64,000 nt of DNA from the NCBI GenBank assembly GCA_965214405.1, contig OZ243956.1, forward strand, positions 736,001-800,000. The letters are read 5' to 3'. The position numbers were made by a program, and so were the translations under genes. The stretch is from Trueperaceae bacterium. Its GTDB lineage: Bacteria; Deinococcota; Deinococci; Deinococcales; Trueperaceae. Shown piece after piece: positions 32,144-42,763 of this stretch (position 1 is its first letter; each line of letters starts with the position of its first letter). The notes beneath the pieces were generated by a model. That model searched no databases. It was given only the letters and a program-made list of their open reading frames with translations, and was not told where the DNA came from.

Positions 32144-32818
32144 ATGGCAAAGACCCTAATGTTTTTTGGACCCACCGACGCTTTAAGCGACGCCGTGATG
32201 AATCACTTTGCCAGGCACGACTATCTTGTGGAGAGGACGACGGGACAAGAAACCGACTTTTTGGACCCTGTGGAGTTAGGGGTCCTCCTCAACACCGTCA
32301 CCCCCGACGTCGTCATGATCTACCCGAGCTGGCGGGGGCGCGGTTCGTTTTTAGAAAGTACCGGCGAGCAGTGGGAAACCGCGATAGGTCAGAACGTCGA
32401 AGCCGTCACCTACCTTTTGCAAGCCTCAGCGGAGCGGCTCGGCGCGCTCGGCAAGGGGGGACGCATCATCGTGTTGAGTCACGTCGCGGCGCTCACGCCC
32501 TTTAACGGCTTGAGCGTTCTCGGGACCACGCTGGCGGCGGTTAAAGCGCTCATCAAGATGCTCGCGGTAGAGCTTGCGCCTTACAGAATCACCGTTAATT
32601 CCGTGGCCGCGGGACCGCTGCTCGAGGGGCTGCCCCAAACCTCACAGCAGCGCCTCAAAGACGACACGCCGCTGGGGGGAGATGCGAACGCCTCGTTTGC
32701 GAGCCTCTGTTTATTTCTGGCATCGGGCGGGGCCGACCACATTACGGGTCAAACCCTGAACGTCGAGGGCGGTTTTCTGCTCACGCGCGGCTCGGGCGTT
32801 TCTCCTTTTGCGCAGTAG
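32144..32818 (+). CDS. Atypical SDR-fold protein lacking the cofactor and catalytic motifs
   Basis: SDR C-terminus (ELAPYRITVNSVAAG, ITGQTLNVEGG) but no TGxxxGxG or YxxxK. Confidence 0.8.
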   Translation: MAKTLMFFGPTDALSDAVMNHFARHDYLVERTTGQETDFLDPVELGVLLNTVTPDVVMIYPSWRGRGSFLESTGEQWETAIGQNVEAVTYLLQASAERLGALGKGGRIIVLSHVAALTPFNGLSVLGTTLAAVKALIKMLAVELAPYRITVNSVAAGPLLEGLPQTSQQRLKDDTPLGGDANASFASLCLFLASGGADHITGQTLNVEGGFLLTRGSGVSPFAQ

Positions 32819-32902
32819 TTACGCACAGTAGAGCCAGTTCGCCAGGACGCGGTATGGTAGCTTTTACGCAACCGGGTGGGTAGTTTTGCAAAGGAGTCGT
32901 TC

Positions 32903-34060
32903 GTGCCGACAGTCGCGGTGGTAGGTACAGGATTTATCGGCCCTGTTCATGTGGAGGCGCTCAGGCGTCTAAACATTCCTGTAAAAGGGATTCTGGGCTC
33001 GAGCCCCGACAAAAGCGAGCGGGCGGCGGCGGCTTTGGGTTTAAGCATGGGCTACGCGGCTTTTGAGGATGTTCTCGCTGACGACGAGGTGACGGTGGTC
33101 CACATCACCTCGCCCAACCGCTTCCACCTCGAGCAGGCCAAAAAAGCGCTCGAGGCCCGCAAGCACGTCGTCTGCGAAAAACCTCTGGCGATGAACGCGG
33201 ACGAGACCAAGCAGCTCGTCACCCTTGCGAGGGCGCACCCCGACCTCGTGACCGCGGTCAATTACAACGTCCGGTTCTATCCGCTGGTGCTTCACGCCCG
33301 CGACCTCATCCGGCAGGGCGTTTTGGGTGACGTCTATACGGTGACGGGGGGCTACGTGCAGGACTGGCTCTTAAAAGACACCGACTGGAACTGGCGGCTC
33401 GAGCCCGACCAGGGCGGCGCGCTGCGGGCGGTCGGCGACATCGGCACGCACTGGATGGATCTGCTCGGCTTCGTGACGGGCCAAAAAGTAACGAGCCTGC
33501 TCGCGGATTTAGAAACCTTTGTAAAACGGCGCAAAAAACCCAAAAACAGCGTCGAGACCTTTACTGGTAAAGCGTCGGGTGAAGCTGGCGAGGATGATGC
33601 TGACTATGATTGGGTTGACATCGAGACGGAAGATTTCGGCGCCGTTCTCTTTCGTTACGGGGACGGCGCGCGGGGCGTCATGAACGTTTCGCAGGTGAGC
33701 GCCGGGCGCAAAAACTGTCTAAACTTTGAAATCTCCGGCTCCAAGGCGGCTCTCGCCTGGAACAGCGAAACGCCCAACCAACTCTGGCTGGGTCACCGCG
33801 ACAAACCCAACGAAATCCTCGTCAAGGACCCCTCGCTCATGAACGCCCCCGCCTTGCCCTACACGAACTACCCCGGCGGGCACACGGAGGGTTTTCCCGA
33901 CACCTTTAAGCAGCTTTACCGCGCTATTTACACCTACATGCGAGCGAGCGACTACACCGCGCCCAAGCCGTATCCGACCTTTGAGGATGGCCACGACGAG
34001 GTTATACTTTGCGAAAAGATTTTGCAGAGTCATACCGAACGGCGCTGGGTAGATGTTTGA
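32903..34060 (+). CDS. Gfo/Idh/MocA oxidoreductase
   Basis: VGTGFIG, CEKPL, GDIGTHW; GTG after AAGGAG. Confidence 0.92.
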   Translation: MPTVAVVGTGFIGPVHVEALRRLNIPVKGILGSSPDKSERAAAALGLSMGYAAFEDVLADDEVTVVHITSPNRFHLEQAKKALEARKHVVCEKPLAMNADETKQLVTLARAHPDLVTAVNYNVRFYPLVLHARDLIRQGVLGDVYTVTGGYVQDWLLKDTDWNWRLEPDQGGALRAVGDIGTHWMDLLGFVTGQKVTSLLADLETFVKRRKKPKNSVETFTGKASGEAGEDDADYDWVDIETEDFGAVLFRYGDGARGVMNVSQVSAGRKNCLNFEISGSKAALAWNSETPNQLWLGHRDKPNEILVKDPSLMNAPALPYTNYPGGHTEGFPDTFKQLYRAIYTYMRASDYTAPKPYPTFEDGHDEVILCEKILQSHTERRWVDV

Positions 34061-34084
34061 AACCATCATGTTGAGGAGAAACCG

Positions 34085-35002
34085 ATGAAACTAGGCTTTG
34101 TGAGCGCCATTCTGCCCGACCTAAATTTAGAAGAAGTCTTGGCTTTTGCCGCTGAGGAAGGCTTCGACTGTGTTGAAGTCATGTGCTGGCCCGTGGGCGG
34201 GGGCGACACGCGCCGCTACGCAGGCGTCACGCATATCGACGTTGACGCGCTGGACGCCGCCGCAGCCGAGCACGTAAAAGCCCTCGTCAAAAAGTACGGC
34301 GTGGACATCTCGAGCTTAGGCTACTACCCCAACCCGCTCGTCCCCGACGCCGCCGAGCGCGAGGTCTACCTTAGCCACATCAAAAAGGTCATCGCCGCCT
34401 CCGCCAAGTTGGGCGTCGGCGTCATGACCACGTTTATCGGGCGCGACCCCGCGAAGTCCGTCGAAGACAACTGGCCCCTGTTCGAGGAGGTGTGGCCGCC
34501 GCTCATCGCCTACGCGGAAGCGCAAGGCGTCAGAGTGGGTATCGAGAACTGCCCGATGCTTTTTAGCCTAGACGAGTGGCCCGGCGGCAAGAATCTGGCG
34601 ATTTCGCCCGCCGTCTGGCGCAAGATGTTTGAGGCCATCCCGAGCGAGCACTTCGGGCTTAACTTTGACCCCAGCCACCTGCTCTGGCAAGGGATTGATT
34701 ATCTTAAAGCCATGCGCGAGTTTAGTGACCGCTTTGTCCACGTCCATATCAAAGACGAGAAGGTAGATAAAGAGCTGATGTACGAACGGGGCGTCATGGG
34801 CTTGAAATGGCACGAGCCGAAAATCCCCGGTCTAGGCGATATCGACTGGGCGGAGTATTGCGAAACGCTGGCCGAGCTTGCTTATGACGGGTACACCTGC
34901 ATCGAGGTCGAGGACCGCGCTTTTGAAGAGAGCCTCGAGGGCCGCAAAAGCGCCATCCGCGAGTCCAAGCGCCATATCGACTTGGCGAGGACGAGAGGCT
35001 AG
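34085..35002 (+). CDS. Xylose-isomerase-like TIM barrel (sugar phosphate isomerase/epimerase family)
   Basis: IENCP, NFDPSH, HVHIKD, PGLGDIDW, IEVED. Confidence 0.9.
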   Translation: MKLGFVSAILPDLNLEEVLAFAAEEGFDCVEVMCWPVGGGDTRRYAGVTHIDVDALDAAAAEHVKALVKKYGVDISSLGYYPNPLVPDAAEREVYLSHIKKVIAASAKLGVGVMTTFIGRDPAKSVEDNWPLFEEVWPPLIAYAEAQGVRVGIENCPMLFSLDEWPGGKNLAISPAVWRKMFEAIPSEHFGLNFDPSHLLWQGIDYLKAMREFSDRFVHVHIKDEKVDKELMYERGVMGLKWHEPKIPGLGDIDWAEYCETLAELAYDGYTCIEVEDRAFEESLEGRKSAIRESKRHIDLARTRG

Positions 35003-35083
35003 CCGCAGGACTGCGGCGGAGAATCCAAAGAGTTTTTCGGGGCGGTCTCGAGTCGGTGAACCTTTCATGAACAGCGTCAGCTC

Positions 35084-35113
35084 TGGACATCGGATGGTCC
35101 GTACCAGTATGCT
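35084..35113 (+). promoter_or_regulatory. Promoter TGGACA-N18-TATGCT with operator TGGTCCGTACCA
   Basis: 35083-35110 is the reverse complement of 21844-21871 at 25 of 28 positions. Confidence 0.7.
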
Positions 35114-35140
35114 TTATAAAACAAATCAAGGGAGGAACAT

Positions 35141-36172
35141 ATGAAGTTCAGGGTTATGGGTTTATTCTTCGCACTGGTGTTGTTTGGCAGCGCCTTCGCG
35201 CAGTCCTACACCATCGGGGTGTCCAACGGCTTTATAGGCAGCGAGTGGCGCACCCAGATGCTTCAGAACATGGAGGATGTGGCCGCCGAGCTGGGTGAGC
35301 AGGGTATCGATATCGACCTTGTGGTCGAGAGCGCCAACGTCGACGTGCAGGGGCAGATTCAGCAGATTCAGAACCTGGTCAACCGCGGCGTAGACGCCAT
35401 CATCATCAACGCCAACGACCAAAACGCGCTTAATTTCGCGCTCGAGGACGCGGTCGACCAGGGCGTCGTCGTCGTCGCCGTCGACCAGGAAGTGAGCGCG
35501 AACGGCGTGTACAACGTCGCCATCGACCAAAAAGCCTGGGCCGAGGAGAGCGCCCGGTGGCTGGCCGAAGCTTTGGGCGGCGAGGGCGACATCATCCTCA
35601 TTGAGGGTTTTGTGGGGCACCCGGCCAACGAAGCCCGCATGGCGGGCGTTGCGGAAGTGCTCGCTGAATACCCCGACATCACCGTGGTCGGACGCGAGTC
35701 AGGGGGTTGGGACCAGGCGACCGCCCAGGGGGTCGCCTCCGACCTGTTCGCTTCCGTCCCCAACATCGACGCCGTTTGGACCCAAGACGGCATGGCGCAG
35801 GGCGTTTGGACGGCGGTGCGCACCGCCAACCCCGACCCGTTCCCCATCGGCACGGGCGAGGGTCACGCGGGCTACCTAAAACTTTGGGAAGAGATGGCGG
35901 CCGACCACCCCGATTTTGAGTCCTACGCGGTCTGTAACCCGCCCGGCCAGGGGGCCGATGGGCTGCGCGTCGCCGTCGAGCTGCTCGGCGGCAAAGAGGT
36001 CGACGAGAGCCAGCTTTCTGGCGCTTTCGGCAACACGCTTTACGTGCCGATTCCCTGCCGCGTGACCGCCGAAAACTTAAATGAAATGGTTGACATGTAC
36101 CAAGACCGACCCGATACTTACGTGCTGGACGGAATGATCAGCCAGGAGGATGCGGCAGCTTACATGAAGTAA
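35141..36172 (+). CDS. Sugar ABC transporter substrate-binding protein
   Basis: Signal peptide ending AFA-Q; QIQQIQNLVNRGVDAIII; GGAGG RBS. Confidence 0.93.
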   Translation: MKFRVMGLFFALVLFGSAFAQSYTIGVSNGFIGSEWRTQMLQNMEDVAAELGEQGIDIDLVVESANVDVQGQIQQIQNLVNRGVDAIIINANDQNALNFALEDAVDQGVVVVAVDQEVSANGVYNVAIDQKAWAEESARWLAEALGGEGDIILIEGFVGHPANEARMAGVAEVLAEYPDITVVGRESGGWDQATAQGVASDLFASVPNIDAVWTQDGMAQGVWTAVRTANPDPFPIGTGEGHAGYLKLWEEMAADHPDFESYAVCNPPGQGADGLRVAVELLGGKEVDESQLSGAFGNTLYVPIPCRVTAENLNEMVDMYQDRPDTYVLDGMISQEDAAAYMK

Positions 36173-36183
36173 AGGCCTGACAC

Positions 36184-36218
36184 GAAAACGTGGGAGACAT
36201 GGTGTCTCCCACGTTTTC
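36184..36218. terminator. Bidirectional terminator between convergent operons
   Basis: GAAAACGTGGGAGAC-atggt-GTCTCCCACGTTTTC. Confidence 0.85.
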
Positions 36219-36258
36219 ATGTTGAGTATGGCGTCACGCCGAAGGGTTTACACGTTTC

Positions 36259-38628
36259 TCACCGCTCCACCAGCAGGTCGGCTTGGGCTCGAGCCTTCCT
36301 TTCGACCGTCTCGACCGCGTGACTCGCCGGTTTGACCTTGAGCCGCAACTCTTTAGCCGCCTCGTTCTCGCGCTCGGCGAGCCGGAACGCCTGCGCCTTG
36401 CCCGAAAGGTACTGTTTGGGCCAGGGCTGAGGCTTGTACCCATAGTGCGCGGCGGCGTGCAGCGTGAAGTACGGGTTGGTGAGGTGAGGCCTTGCCAGCG
36501 CGACCAAGTCGCTACGTCCTTGCAACAAAATCGTGTTCACCTGGTCCGGCGTGGTGATGCTGCCGACCGACATGGTGGGGATACCGACTTCGTGGCGCAC
36601 CCTGTCGGCGAAGGGCGTCTGGTACATGCGCCCGTAAACGGGTTTTTGACCCGCGACGGTCTGCCCGGTTGAGACGTCGATGAGGTCGGCCCCGGCTTCT
36701 TTGAGCAAGCGGGCTGCGGCCACGAGGTCGTCGCCGGAAAGCCCGCCGGGAAACCAGTCGGTGGCGGAGAGGCGCACAGACATCGGTTTGTGTTCCGGCC
36801 AAGTCTCCCGGCAGGCGCGGAAGACCTCGAGCGGAAATCGCATCCGCGCTTCAATGGTGCCACCGTACTCGTCTTTGCGATGATTGGTCAAGGGCGAGAT
36901 AAAAGAGGCGAGCAGGTAGCCGTGCGCCATGTGGATTTCCAACATGTCGAAGCCCGCCTCGTCTGCGTAACGCGCTGAGCGCATGAAATCCGCCACCACC
37001 TTGTCCATGTCCTCCCGGCTCAGCTCTTTGGGCTCTTGACTCACGTCCTCCATGTAAGGCACCGACGAGGCCGAATAGACGGGCCAGTTCGCCTCGGGCA
37101 GCGGGTGGTCCATCCCTTCCCAGCCGACTTGCGTCGAGCCCTTGCGCCCCGCGTGGCCGAGCTGCATACAGAGTTTGGTCGGGGTGTGGGTATGGACAAA
37201 ATCCACAATACGCTTGAACGCGTCGCGCTGCGCCTCGTTCCAGAGCCCCGTGCAGCCCGGCGTGATGCGCGCCTCCGGTGAGGGGCAGGTCATCTCGACG
37301 AAGACCAAGCCAGCGCCGCCCACCGCGCGGCTGGTGAGGTGCTGAAAGTGCCAGTCGTTGGGCAGACCGTCTTCGGCGGAATACTGCGCCATCGGGGAGA
37401 CGACGACGCGGTTCTCCACCACCATCTCGCGCAGTTTGAAGGGCGTGAACATGGGCGGGGTGCCGTTTTTGACCTCAAAGCCCCTCGAGCGTACTTCGTC
37501 TAAAAAGTCATTCTGAACACGCGCAACAAACCGCTCATCTCGCAAAAGCAAGTTCTCATAGGTGATTTGCTTCGAGCGCGACATCACCCCAAAGGCGAAC
37601 CCCTCCGGCGACATCTCAAAGTACCGCCCCATATTCTCAAACCATTGCAGCGAGACGTTGGCGGCGTGCTGCGTTTTCTCGACCTCCTCGCGGCGGTCCT
37701 CGTCAAAGGCGGCGAGCGCGTCGGGAATTGTAGGATTGTCTCGGAGGGCGTTAAGCAGCGCCACCGCGTCCTCCATCGCCAGCTTGGTGCCCGAGCCGAT
37801 GGAGTAGTGCGCCGTCGCCTTGGCGTCGCCGAGGAGCACCAGATTATCCTTGGTCCAGCGTGCATTGTTCACCGTCGGGAACTGCCGCCACAGCGAGCGA
37901 TTGGTTAAGAGCGGGTGTCCAGCGAGTTCTTCGGCAAAAATCTTTTCAATCTCGGCGGCGTACTCGGTCTCGGTCATCTCGTCAAACTCGAGCCCGCGGT
38001 GCGTCTCGGGCGACGTCTCGATGACCCAGGTGCTCCGGTTCGGCTCGTACCCGTAGGCGTGCGCCAAGACCACGCCCGCCGGGGTTCTTTTGAAAAAATA
38101 CTTAAAGGCGTCAAGCTCACGTGTCGAGCCGAGCCAGCAAAACATGTCCTGACCCAAGCTCACCTCGGTGCCGAAGTGGTCTTTGTAAACCTCACGAATC
38201 TTGCTGTTTATGCCGTCGGCGGCAACAATTAAATCGCTGTCGGCGAAACGAGACAAACCCACGGGGTCGACCTCGTGGTTGAAGACCATCTTTACGCCGA
38301 GTTCGCGGCAGCGGTCTTGCAACAAAACGAGCAGCGACATGCGTGAGCAGCCCGCAAAGCCGTTGCCCGCGCAGCGCAGCGCGTGGCCCTTGTAATGCAC
38401 GTCCACGTCGTCCCAGTAAACGAAGTTGCGGCGGATGGCCTCGTAGGAGGGCGCGTCGTAGTCTCTAAACACACCCAAGGTCTCGTCGGAAAAGACCACG
38501 CCGAAACCAAAGGTGTCGTCGGGTCCGTTGCGTTCAAGCACGGTCACGTCGAACGCGGGCCACTCTTTCTTAGCGAGCAGCGCGAAGTAGAGCCCGCCCG
38601 GCCCGCCGCCGATGATGGTGAGTTTCAC
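36259..38628 (-). CDS. abmA: Bifunctional 2-aminobenzoyl-CoA monooxygenase/reductase (salicylyl-CoA 5-hydroxylase family)
   Basis: FAD monooxygenase domain (GGGPGG, DDTFGFGVVFSD, AHYSIGSGTKLAMEDA) fused to an OYE domain (HAGRK, HMAHGYLL). Confidence 0.9.
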   Translation of the reverse strand: MKLTIIGGGPGGLYFALLAKKEWPAFDVTVLERNGPDDTFGFGVVFSDETLGVFRDYDAPSYEAIRRNFVYWDDVDVHYKGHALRCAGNGFAGCSRMSLLVLLQDRCRELGVKMVFNHEVDPVGLSRFADSDLIVAADGINSKIREVYKDHFGTEVSLGQDMFCWLGSTRELDAFKYFFKRTPAGVVLAHAYGYEPNRSTWVIETSPETHRGLEFDEMTETEYAAEIEKIFAEELAGHPLLTNRSLWRQFPTVNNARWTKDNLVLLGDAKATAHYSIGSGTKLAMEDAVALLNALRDNPTIPDALAAFDEDRREEVEKTQHAANVSLQWFENMGRYFEMSPEGFAFGVMSRSKQITYENLLLRDERFVARVQNDFLDEVRSRGFEVKNGTPPMFTPFKLREMVVENRVVVSPMAQYSAEDGLPNDWHFQHLTSRAVGGAGLVFVEMTCPSPEARITPGCTGLWNEAQRDAFKRIVDFVHTHTPTKLCMQLGHAGRKGSTQVGWEGMDHPLPEANWPVYSASSVPYMEDVSQEPKELSREDMDKVVADFMRSARYADEAGFDMLEIHMAHGYLLASFISPLTNHRKDEYGGTIEARMRFPLEVFRACRETWPEHKPMSVRLSATDWFPGGLSGDDLVAAARLLKEAGADLIDVSTGQTVAGQKPVYGRMYQTPFADRVRHEVGIPTMSVGSITTPDQVNTILLQGRSDLVALARPHLTNPYFTLHAAAHYGYKPQPWPKQYLSGKAQAFRLAERENEAAKELRLKVKPASHAVETVERKARAQADLLVER

Positions 38629-40232
38629 GGTGTCGCCTCCCGCTCCCGCAGCACAAACCGCTGCACCTTGCCCGTCTGCGTGCGGGGCAAGGCGTCAACG
38701 AACGCAATGGCTCGAGGATATTTATAAGGCGCGATGGTCGCTTTGACGTAGTCTTGAAGTTCTTTCACAAGCTCCTCGCTCGGTGTATGCCCACCGTTCA
38801 GCACGACGAACGCCTTGACGATGTGGCCGCGTGCTTCGTCCGGCACGCCGACGACGGCGCACTCGAGCACCGCCCCGTGCGTTAAAAGCGCGTCCTCGAC
38901 CTCCGGCCCGGCGATGTTGTAGCCCGACGAGACAATCATGTCGTCGGCTCGAGACTGGAACCAGAAGTAGCCGTCTTCATCCTCCAAATACGCATCTCCA
39001 GTGAGGTTCCAGCCGTCCAGCACATAATCTTGTTGTCGCGGGTCGGCTAGATAGCGGCAGCCGGTGGGGCCGCGCACGGCGAGGCGGCCGATTTCGCCCA
39101 CGACGCGCTCGCCGTCCTGATTAACGACTCTAGCCTCGTAACCCGACACGGGCCTGCCGGTCGCGCCGGGGCGGATGGCGTCGCCCGAGGCGGAGATAAA
39201 GATGTGCAGCATCTCGGTCGCGCCGATGCCGTCAATGAGCCTCAAGCCGGTCTCTTCAAGCCAGGCGTCAAAAGTCGCCTTGGGCAAGGTTTCCCCGGCG
39301 GAAACGCATTTTTTTAGGCTCGAGAGGTCGCGCCCCTCTTCCAGCATCATCCGGTAGGCGGTCGGGGAAGTGAAAAGGACGGTCGGCTTTAGGTTTTCAA
39401 CAGCCGAGGCCAAGTTAGAGGGCGAGGGGGCCTCGAGCAGATATACGCTCGCCCCCACGCGCAGCGGGAACCAGACGAGCCCGCCCGTCCCGAAGGTGAA
39501 AGCCAGCGGCGGGGAGCCGATAAACACGTCGTCGGCTTCGGGTTTGAGGATGTTCGGCGGGAAGAGGTCGCAGACTGCTAAGATGTCGCGGTGGAAGTGG
39601 ACGGTGGCTTTGGGATTGCCCGTGGTGCCGGAGGTGAAAGCGATGAGGCAGGGGTCGGCGGCGGCAGTGTCCACGGCGTCAAACGTTGGGGGCTGTTTAG
39701 CCATAAGCGCCTCGAGTTCCCCCGAGCCATAGAAGTAGAGGGTGTGCTCGAGTTCGTCACACGCTTCAAACGTGCGCATCATTTCGTCTTTCAGCCGTTC
39801 GTCGCAAAGGGCCAGGCGAATGTTCGCCTTTTCCACCATATAACCAAGCTCTTTGGCGCGTAGCAGCGGCATCGTCGCCACCACCACGCCCCCCGCCTTG
39901 AGAACCGCGAAGTAGCACGCCACCATCATGGGGTTGTTCGCTGAACGTAGCAGCACCCGCTCGCCGGGTATCAAGCCCAACTCGTGAACGAGGACGCTGG
40001 CAATTCGGTTGACTTTTTCGTGAAGGTCTCGGTAAGACCAGCTCACCGCGTCGCTGCGGATGCAGGGGCGCTCGCCCCAACCGCGCTCCAAAGCCTTGTC
40101 TACGAGTTCCACTGCAACGTTGAGCTGTTCGGGATAGCCAAGTTTGTCAAGGTTGATAAAATCCGGCCACGTTTCTTCGGGCGGTAAATTGTCACGTACG
40201 AACGTGTCCTTGTGCGCTGTGGCGCTACGCAT
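38625..40232 (-). CDS. 2-aminobenzoate/benzoate-CoA ligase
   Basis: SAxxDTFVRDNLPP N-terminus, FTSGTTGNPK, DGIGATE, LPRTQTGK; sits in the abm operon. Confidence 0.88.
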   Translation of the reverse strand: MRSATAHKDTFVRDNLPPEETWPDFINLDKLGYPEQLNVAVELVDKALERGWGERPCIRSDAVSWSYRDLHEKVNRIASVLVHELGLIPGERVLLRSANNPMMVACYFAVLKAGGVVVATMPLLRAKELGYMVEKANIRLALCDERLKDEMMRTFEACDELEHTLYFYGSGELEALMAKQPPTFDAVDTAAADPCLIAFTSGTTGNPKATVHFHRDILAVCDLFPPNILKPEADDVFIGSPPLAFTFGTGGLVWFPLRVGASVYLLEAPSPSNLASAVENLKPTVLFTSPTAYRMMLEEGRDLSSLKKCVSAGETLPKATFDAWLEETGLRLIDGIGATEMLHIFISASGDAIRPGATGRPVSGYEARVVNQDGERVVGEIGRLAVRGPTGCRYLADPRQQDYVLDGWNLTGDAYLEDEDGYFWFQSRADDMIVSSGYNIAGPEVEDALLTHGAVLECAVVGVPDEARGHIVKAFVVLNGGHTPSEELVKELQDYVKATIAPYKYPRAIAFVDALPRTQTGKVQRFVLREREATP

Positions 40233-40297
40233 AACCTATGTTACCTCCGAGCGGGAAAAAGGACTGAGAGAAAAGTGCTGAGAGGAAAGTGTGGCCT

Positions 40298-41509
40298 CTA
40301 CTTTTCTCTTTCCTCTTTCACCTCATCGCTGTATGCCTTGATTACCTGCTTGGCAATCACCTGCCCCTGCACCTCCGAAGCGCCCTCGTAAATCCGCAGG
40401 GCGCGCACCTCGCGGTACAAGCGTTCGACGGTCTCGCCCCGCCTCACGCCGCGCCCGCCGTGGAGCTGCACCGCGGCGTCCACCACGCGCTGCGCCGCCT
40501 CGGTGGCGTAGAGTTTCGCCATCGAGGCTTCTCTCGAGACGCGCTCCTGTCCGCTGTCCTTGGTCCAAGCGGCGCGGTAGACCAAGAGCGCGCTGGCGTC
40601 AATCTCGAGCGCCATCTCGGCCAGCTTGGCCTGAGTGAGTTGCATGTCGGACAAGGGCGCGCCAAAAAGCTGCCGCGTCGTCGTGTGCTTCAAGGTTTCT
40701 TGCAGCGCGCGCCGCGCGAAGCCGAGCGCCGCCGCGCCCACCGTCGAGCGGAACACGTCGAGGGTCGCCATCGCCACGTTGAAACCGCGCCCCGCCCCGC
40801 CAACCTGTTTGCACGCGGGGACGCGGCAGTTCTCAAACACGAGCCGCGCCAGGGGGTGCGGCGCGCTGGCGTCGATGCGTTCGGCCACCTTAAGCCCCGC
40901 CGCGTCCGCGTCAACGATGAACGCGCTCAGGCCTCGAGCCCCCGGCGCTTCCCCGGTCCGCGTAAAAACGAGGTAAAAGTCGGCGATGCCGCCGTTTGAA
41001 ATCCAGGTTTTTTCGCCGTTTAACACAAAACTGTCACCGTCACGCTCGGCTCGAGTCGCCAGCGCACTCACATCCGACCCGGCTTCAGGTTCGGAGAGGG
41101 CGAAGGCGGCGATTTTCTCGCCCTTCGCCACGGCGGGCAAGTAGGCCGCCCGCTGCTCCGGCGTGCCGAACAGGCTGATGGGACCGCTCCCCAGGCCCTG
41201 CATCGCAAAGGCGAAGTCCGCCAGACCGTCAAAGCGCGCCAAAGTCTCACGGCTTAAGCAGAGGGTGCGCACGTCGAGTTTACCCTCATTCGAGACGCAG
41301 GGCTCGAGCCACCCTCCCTTTCCCAACGCCCCCACCCACGCGCGAACACTGGCGTCAACATCGTCACTATGAGGAATCTCGGTAGAGGTTTTGGCGGTCC
41401 AGGGCTCGAGGCCCGCCGCGTACTCCCTATGCGCATCGGTAAAGAAGGGCCACGAGAGAAAGGTGTGGTCAACGCCCGTCATCGGGGGAGCTTTCGTCAC
41501 AGGATTCAC
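40298..41509 (-). CDS. Acyl-CoA dehydrogenase (start 41509 or 41482)
   Basis: [31 protein letters not shown]. Confidence 0.92.
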   Translation of the reverse strand: MNPVTKAPPMTGVDHTFLSWPFFTDAHREYAAGLEPWTAKTSTEIPHSDDVDASVRAWVGALGKGGWLEPCVSNEGKLDVRTLCLSRETLARFDGLADFAFAMQGLGSGPISLFGTPEQRAAYLPAVAKGEKIAAFALSEPEAGSDVSALATRAERDGDSFVLNGEKTWISNGGIADFYLVFTRTGEAPGARGLSAFIVDADAAGLKVAERIDASAPHPLARLVFENCRVPACKQVGGAGRGFNVAMATLDVFRSTVGAAALGFARRALQETLKHTTTRQLFGAPLSDMQLTQAKLAEMALEIDASALLVYRAAWTKDSGQERVSREASMAKLYATEAAQRVVDAAVQLHGGRGVRRGETVERLYREVRALRIYEGASEVQGQVIAKQVIKAYSDEVKEEREK

Positions 41510-41510
41510 C

Positions 41511-42350
41511 TTAATTCCCCTCAAACGCTGGCTTTTCCTTCGCCGCAAACGCCTCGAAAGCCCGCACGAAATCCTCCGTCTGCATACAAATCGCCTGCGC
41601 CTGCGCCTCGGCCTCGATGGCCTGCTCTAAGCTCATGTTCCACTCCTGGTTGAGCATCGTCTTGGTAACGCCGTGCGCGAAGGTCGGGCCTTGCAGAAGC
41701 CGCCGCACCATGTCTTGCGCTTCAGAGAGAACCGCCCCGGACTCGCACACCCGGTTGTAGAAGCCCCACCGCTCCCCCTCTTCGGCGCTCATGCTGCGGC
41801 CTGTGAAAAGCAGCTCGGCGGCGCGGCCCTGACCGATGATGCGCGGCAGAATCGCGCAGGCCCCCATGTCGCAGCCCGCCAGCCCCACCCGCACGAACAG
41901 GTAAGCGACTTTGGCTGCGGGCGTCCCGTAACGCAAATCACACGCCATCGCCACCGCCGCGCCCGCGCCGACGCAAACGCCGTCAATGGCCGCCACCACC
42001 GGCTGCGGACAGGCGCGAATCGCTTTGATGAGGTCGCCCGTCATGCGGGTAAAGGCGAGCAAGGTTTTCATGTTGCTCTTGGTCAAAGGGCCGATAATTT
42101 CAAACACGTCGCCGCCCGAACAGAAATTGCCACCCGCCCCGGTGATGACGACACCTTTAACATCGTCGCTGTACGCCAGGTTGCGAAACAGGTCGCGCAG
42201 TTCGGCGTAGGACTCGAACGTCAGCGGGTTTTTGCGTTCGGGACGGTTGAGGGTGAGCGTGGCGAGGCCGTCGTCAACCTCCCACATGAAGTGCTTGGCC
42301 TGATAGCCTGCCATGCGCATGTCTGTCAAGGTAAGGTTGTGCTCGCTCAC
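41511..42350 (-). CDS. Enoyl-CoA hydratase family protein (abm-type)
   Basis: [25 protein letters not shown]. Confidence 0.92.
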   Translation of the reverse strand: MSEHNLTLTDMRMAGYQAKHFMWEVDDGLATLTLNRPERKNPLTFESYAELRDLFRNLAYSDDVKGVVITGAGGNFCSGGDVFEIIGPLTKSNMKTLLAFTRMTGDLIKAIRACPQPVVAAIDGVCVGAGAAVAMACDLRYGTPAAKVAYLFVRVGLAGCDMGACAILPRIIGQGRAAELLFTGRSMSAEEGERWGFYNRVCESGAVLSEAQDMVRRLLQGPTFAHGVTKTMLNQEWNMSLEQAIEAEAQAQAICMQTEDFVRAFEAFAAKEKPAFEGN

Positions 42351-42763
42351 GCCCCGTCCTCCGGTATCACCGCGGTAGCTTCAATCTCAACCTTGGCCCG
42401 GTCTTCCATCAGCGCGGCCACCTGCACCATCGCCATCGCCGGGTAGTGCTTGCCCATCATCTCGCGGTAGGCGTCGCCGATGGCCTTGAGTTTGGCGTGG
42501 TACTCGAGCTTATCGGTGATGTACCAAGTCATGCGCACGACGTGCTCCGGCCCCGCCCCGGCTTCGGCGAGCACGGCCACAACATTTTGGAGGACTTGCC
42601 GCGTCTGCTCGGCCATGCAGTCGCTCCTAAACTCACCCTCAGCATCCCAACCGACGAGCCCCGCCAAGAAGACGAGTCTTCCGCCCGCCGCTATCCCGTT
42701 GACGTAGCCCTTGGGCGCGGGCCAGCCCGGCGGCTGGAGTATTTGCCTCTGCTCGAGCCCCAC
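42347..42763 (-). CDS. RidA/YjgF family protein
   Basis: [25 protein letters not shown] after AAGGAGG. Confidence 0.9.
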   Translation of the reverse strand: MGLEQRQILQPPGWPAPKGYVNGIAAGGRLVFLAGLVGWDAEGEFRSDCMAEQTRQVLQNVVAVLAEAGAGPEHVVRMTWYITDKLEYHAKLKAIGDAYREMMGKHYPAMAMVQVAALMEDRAKVEIEATAVIPEDGA

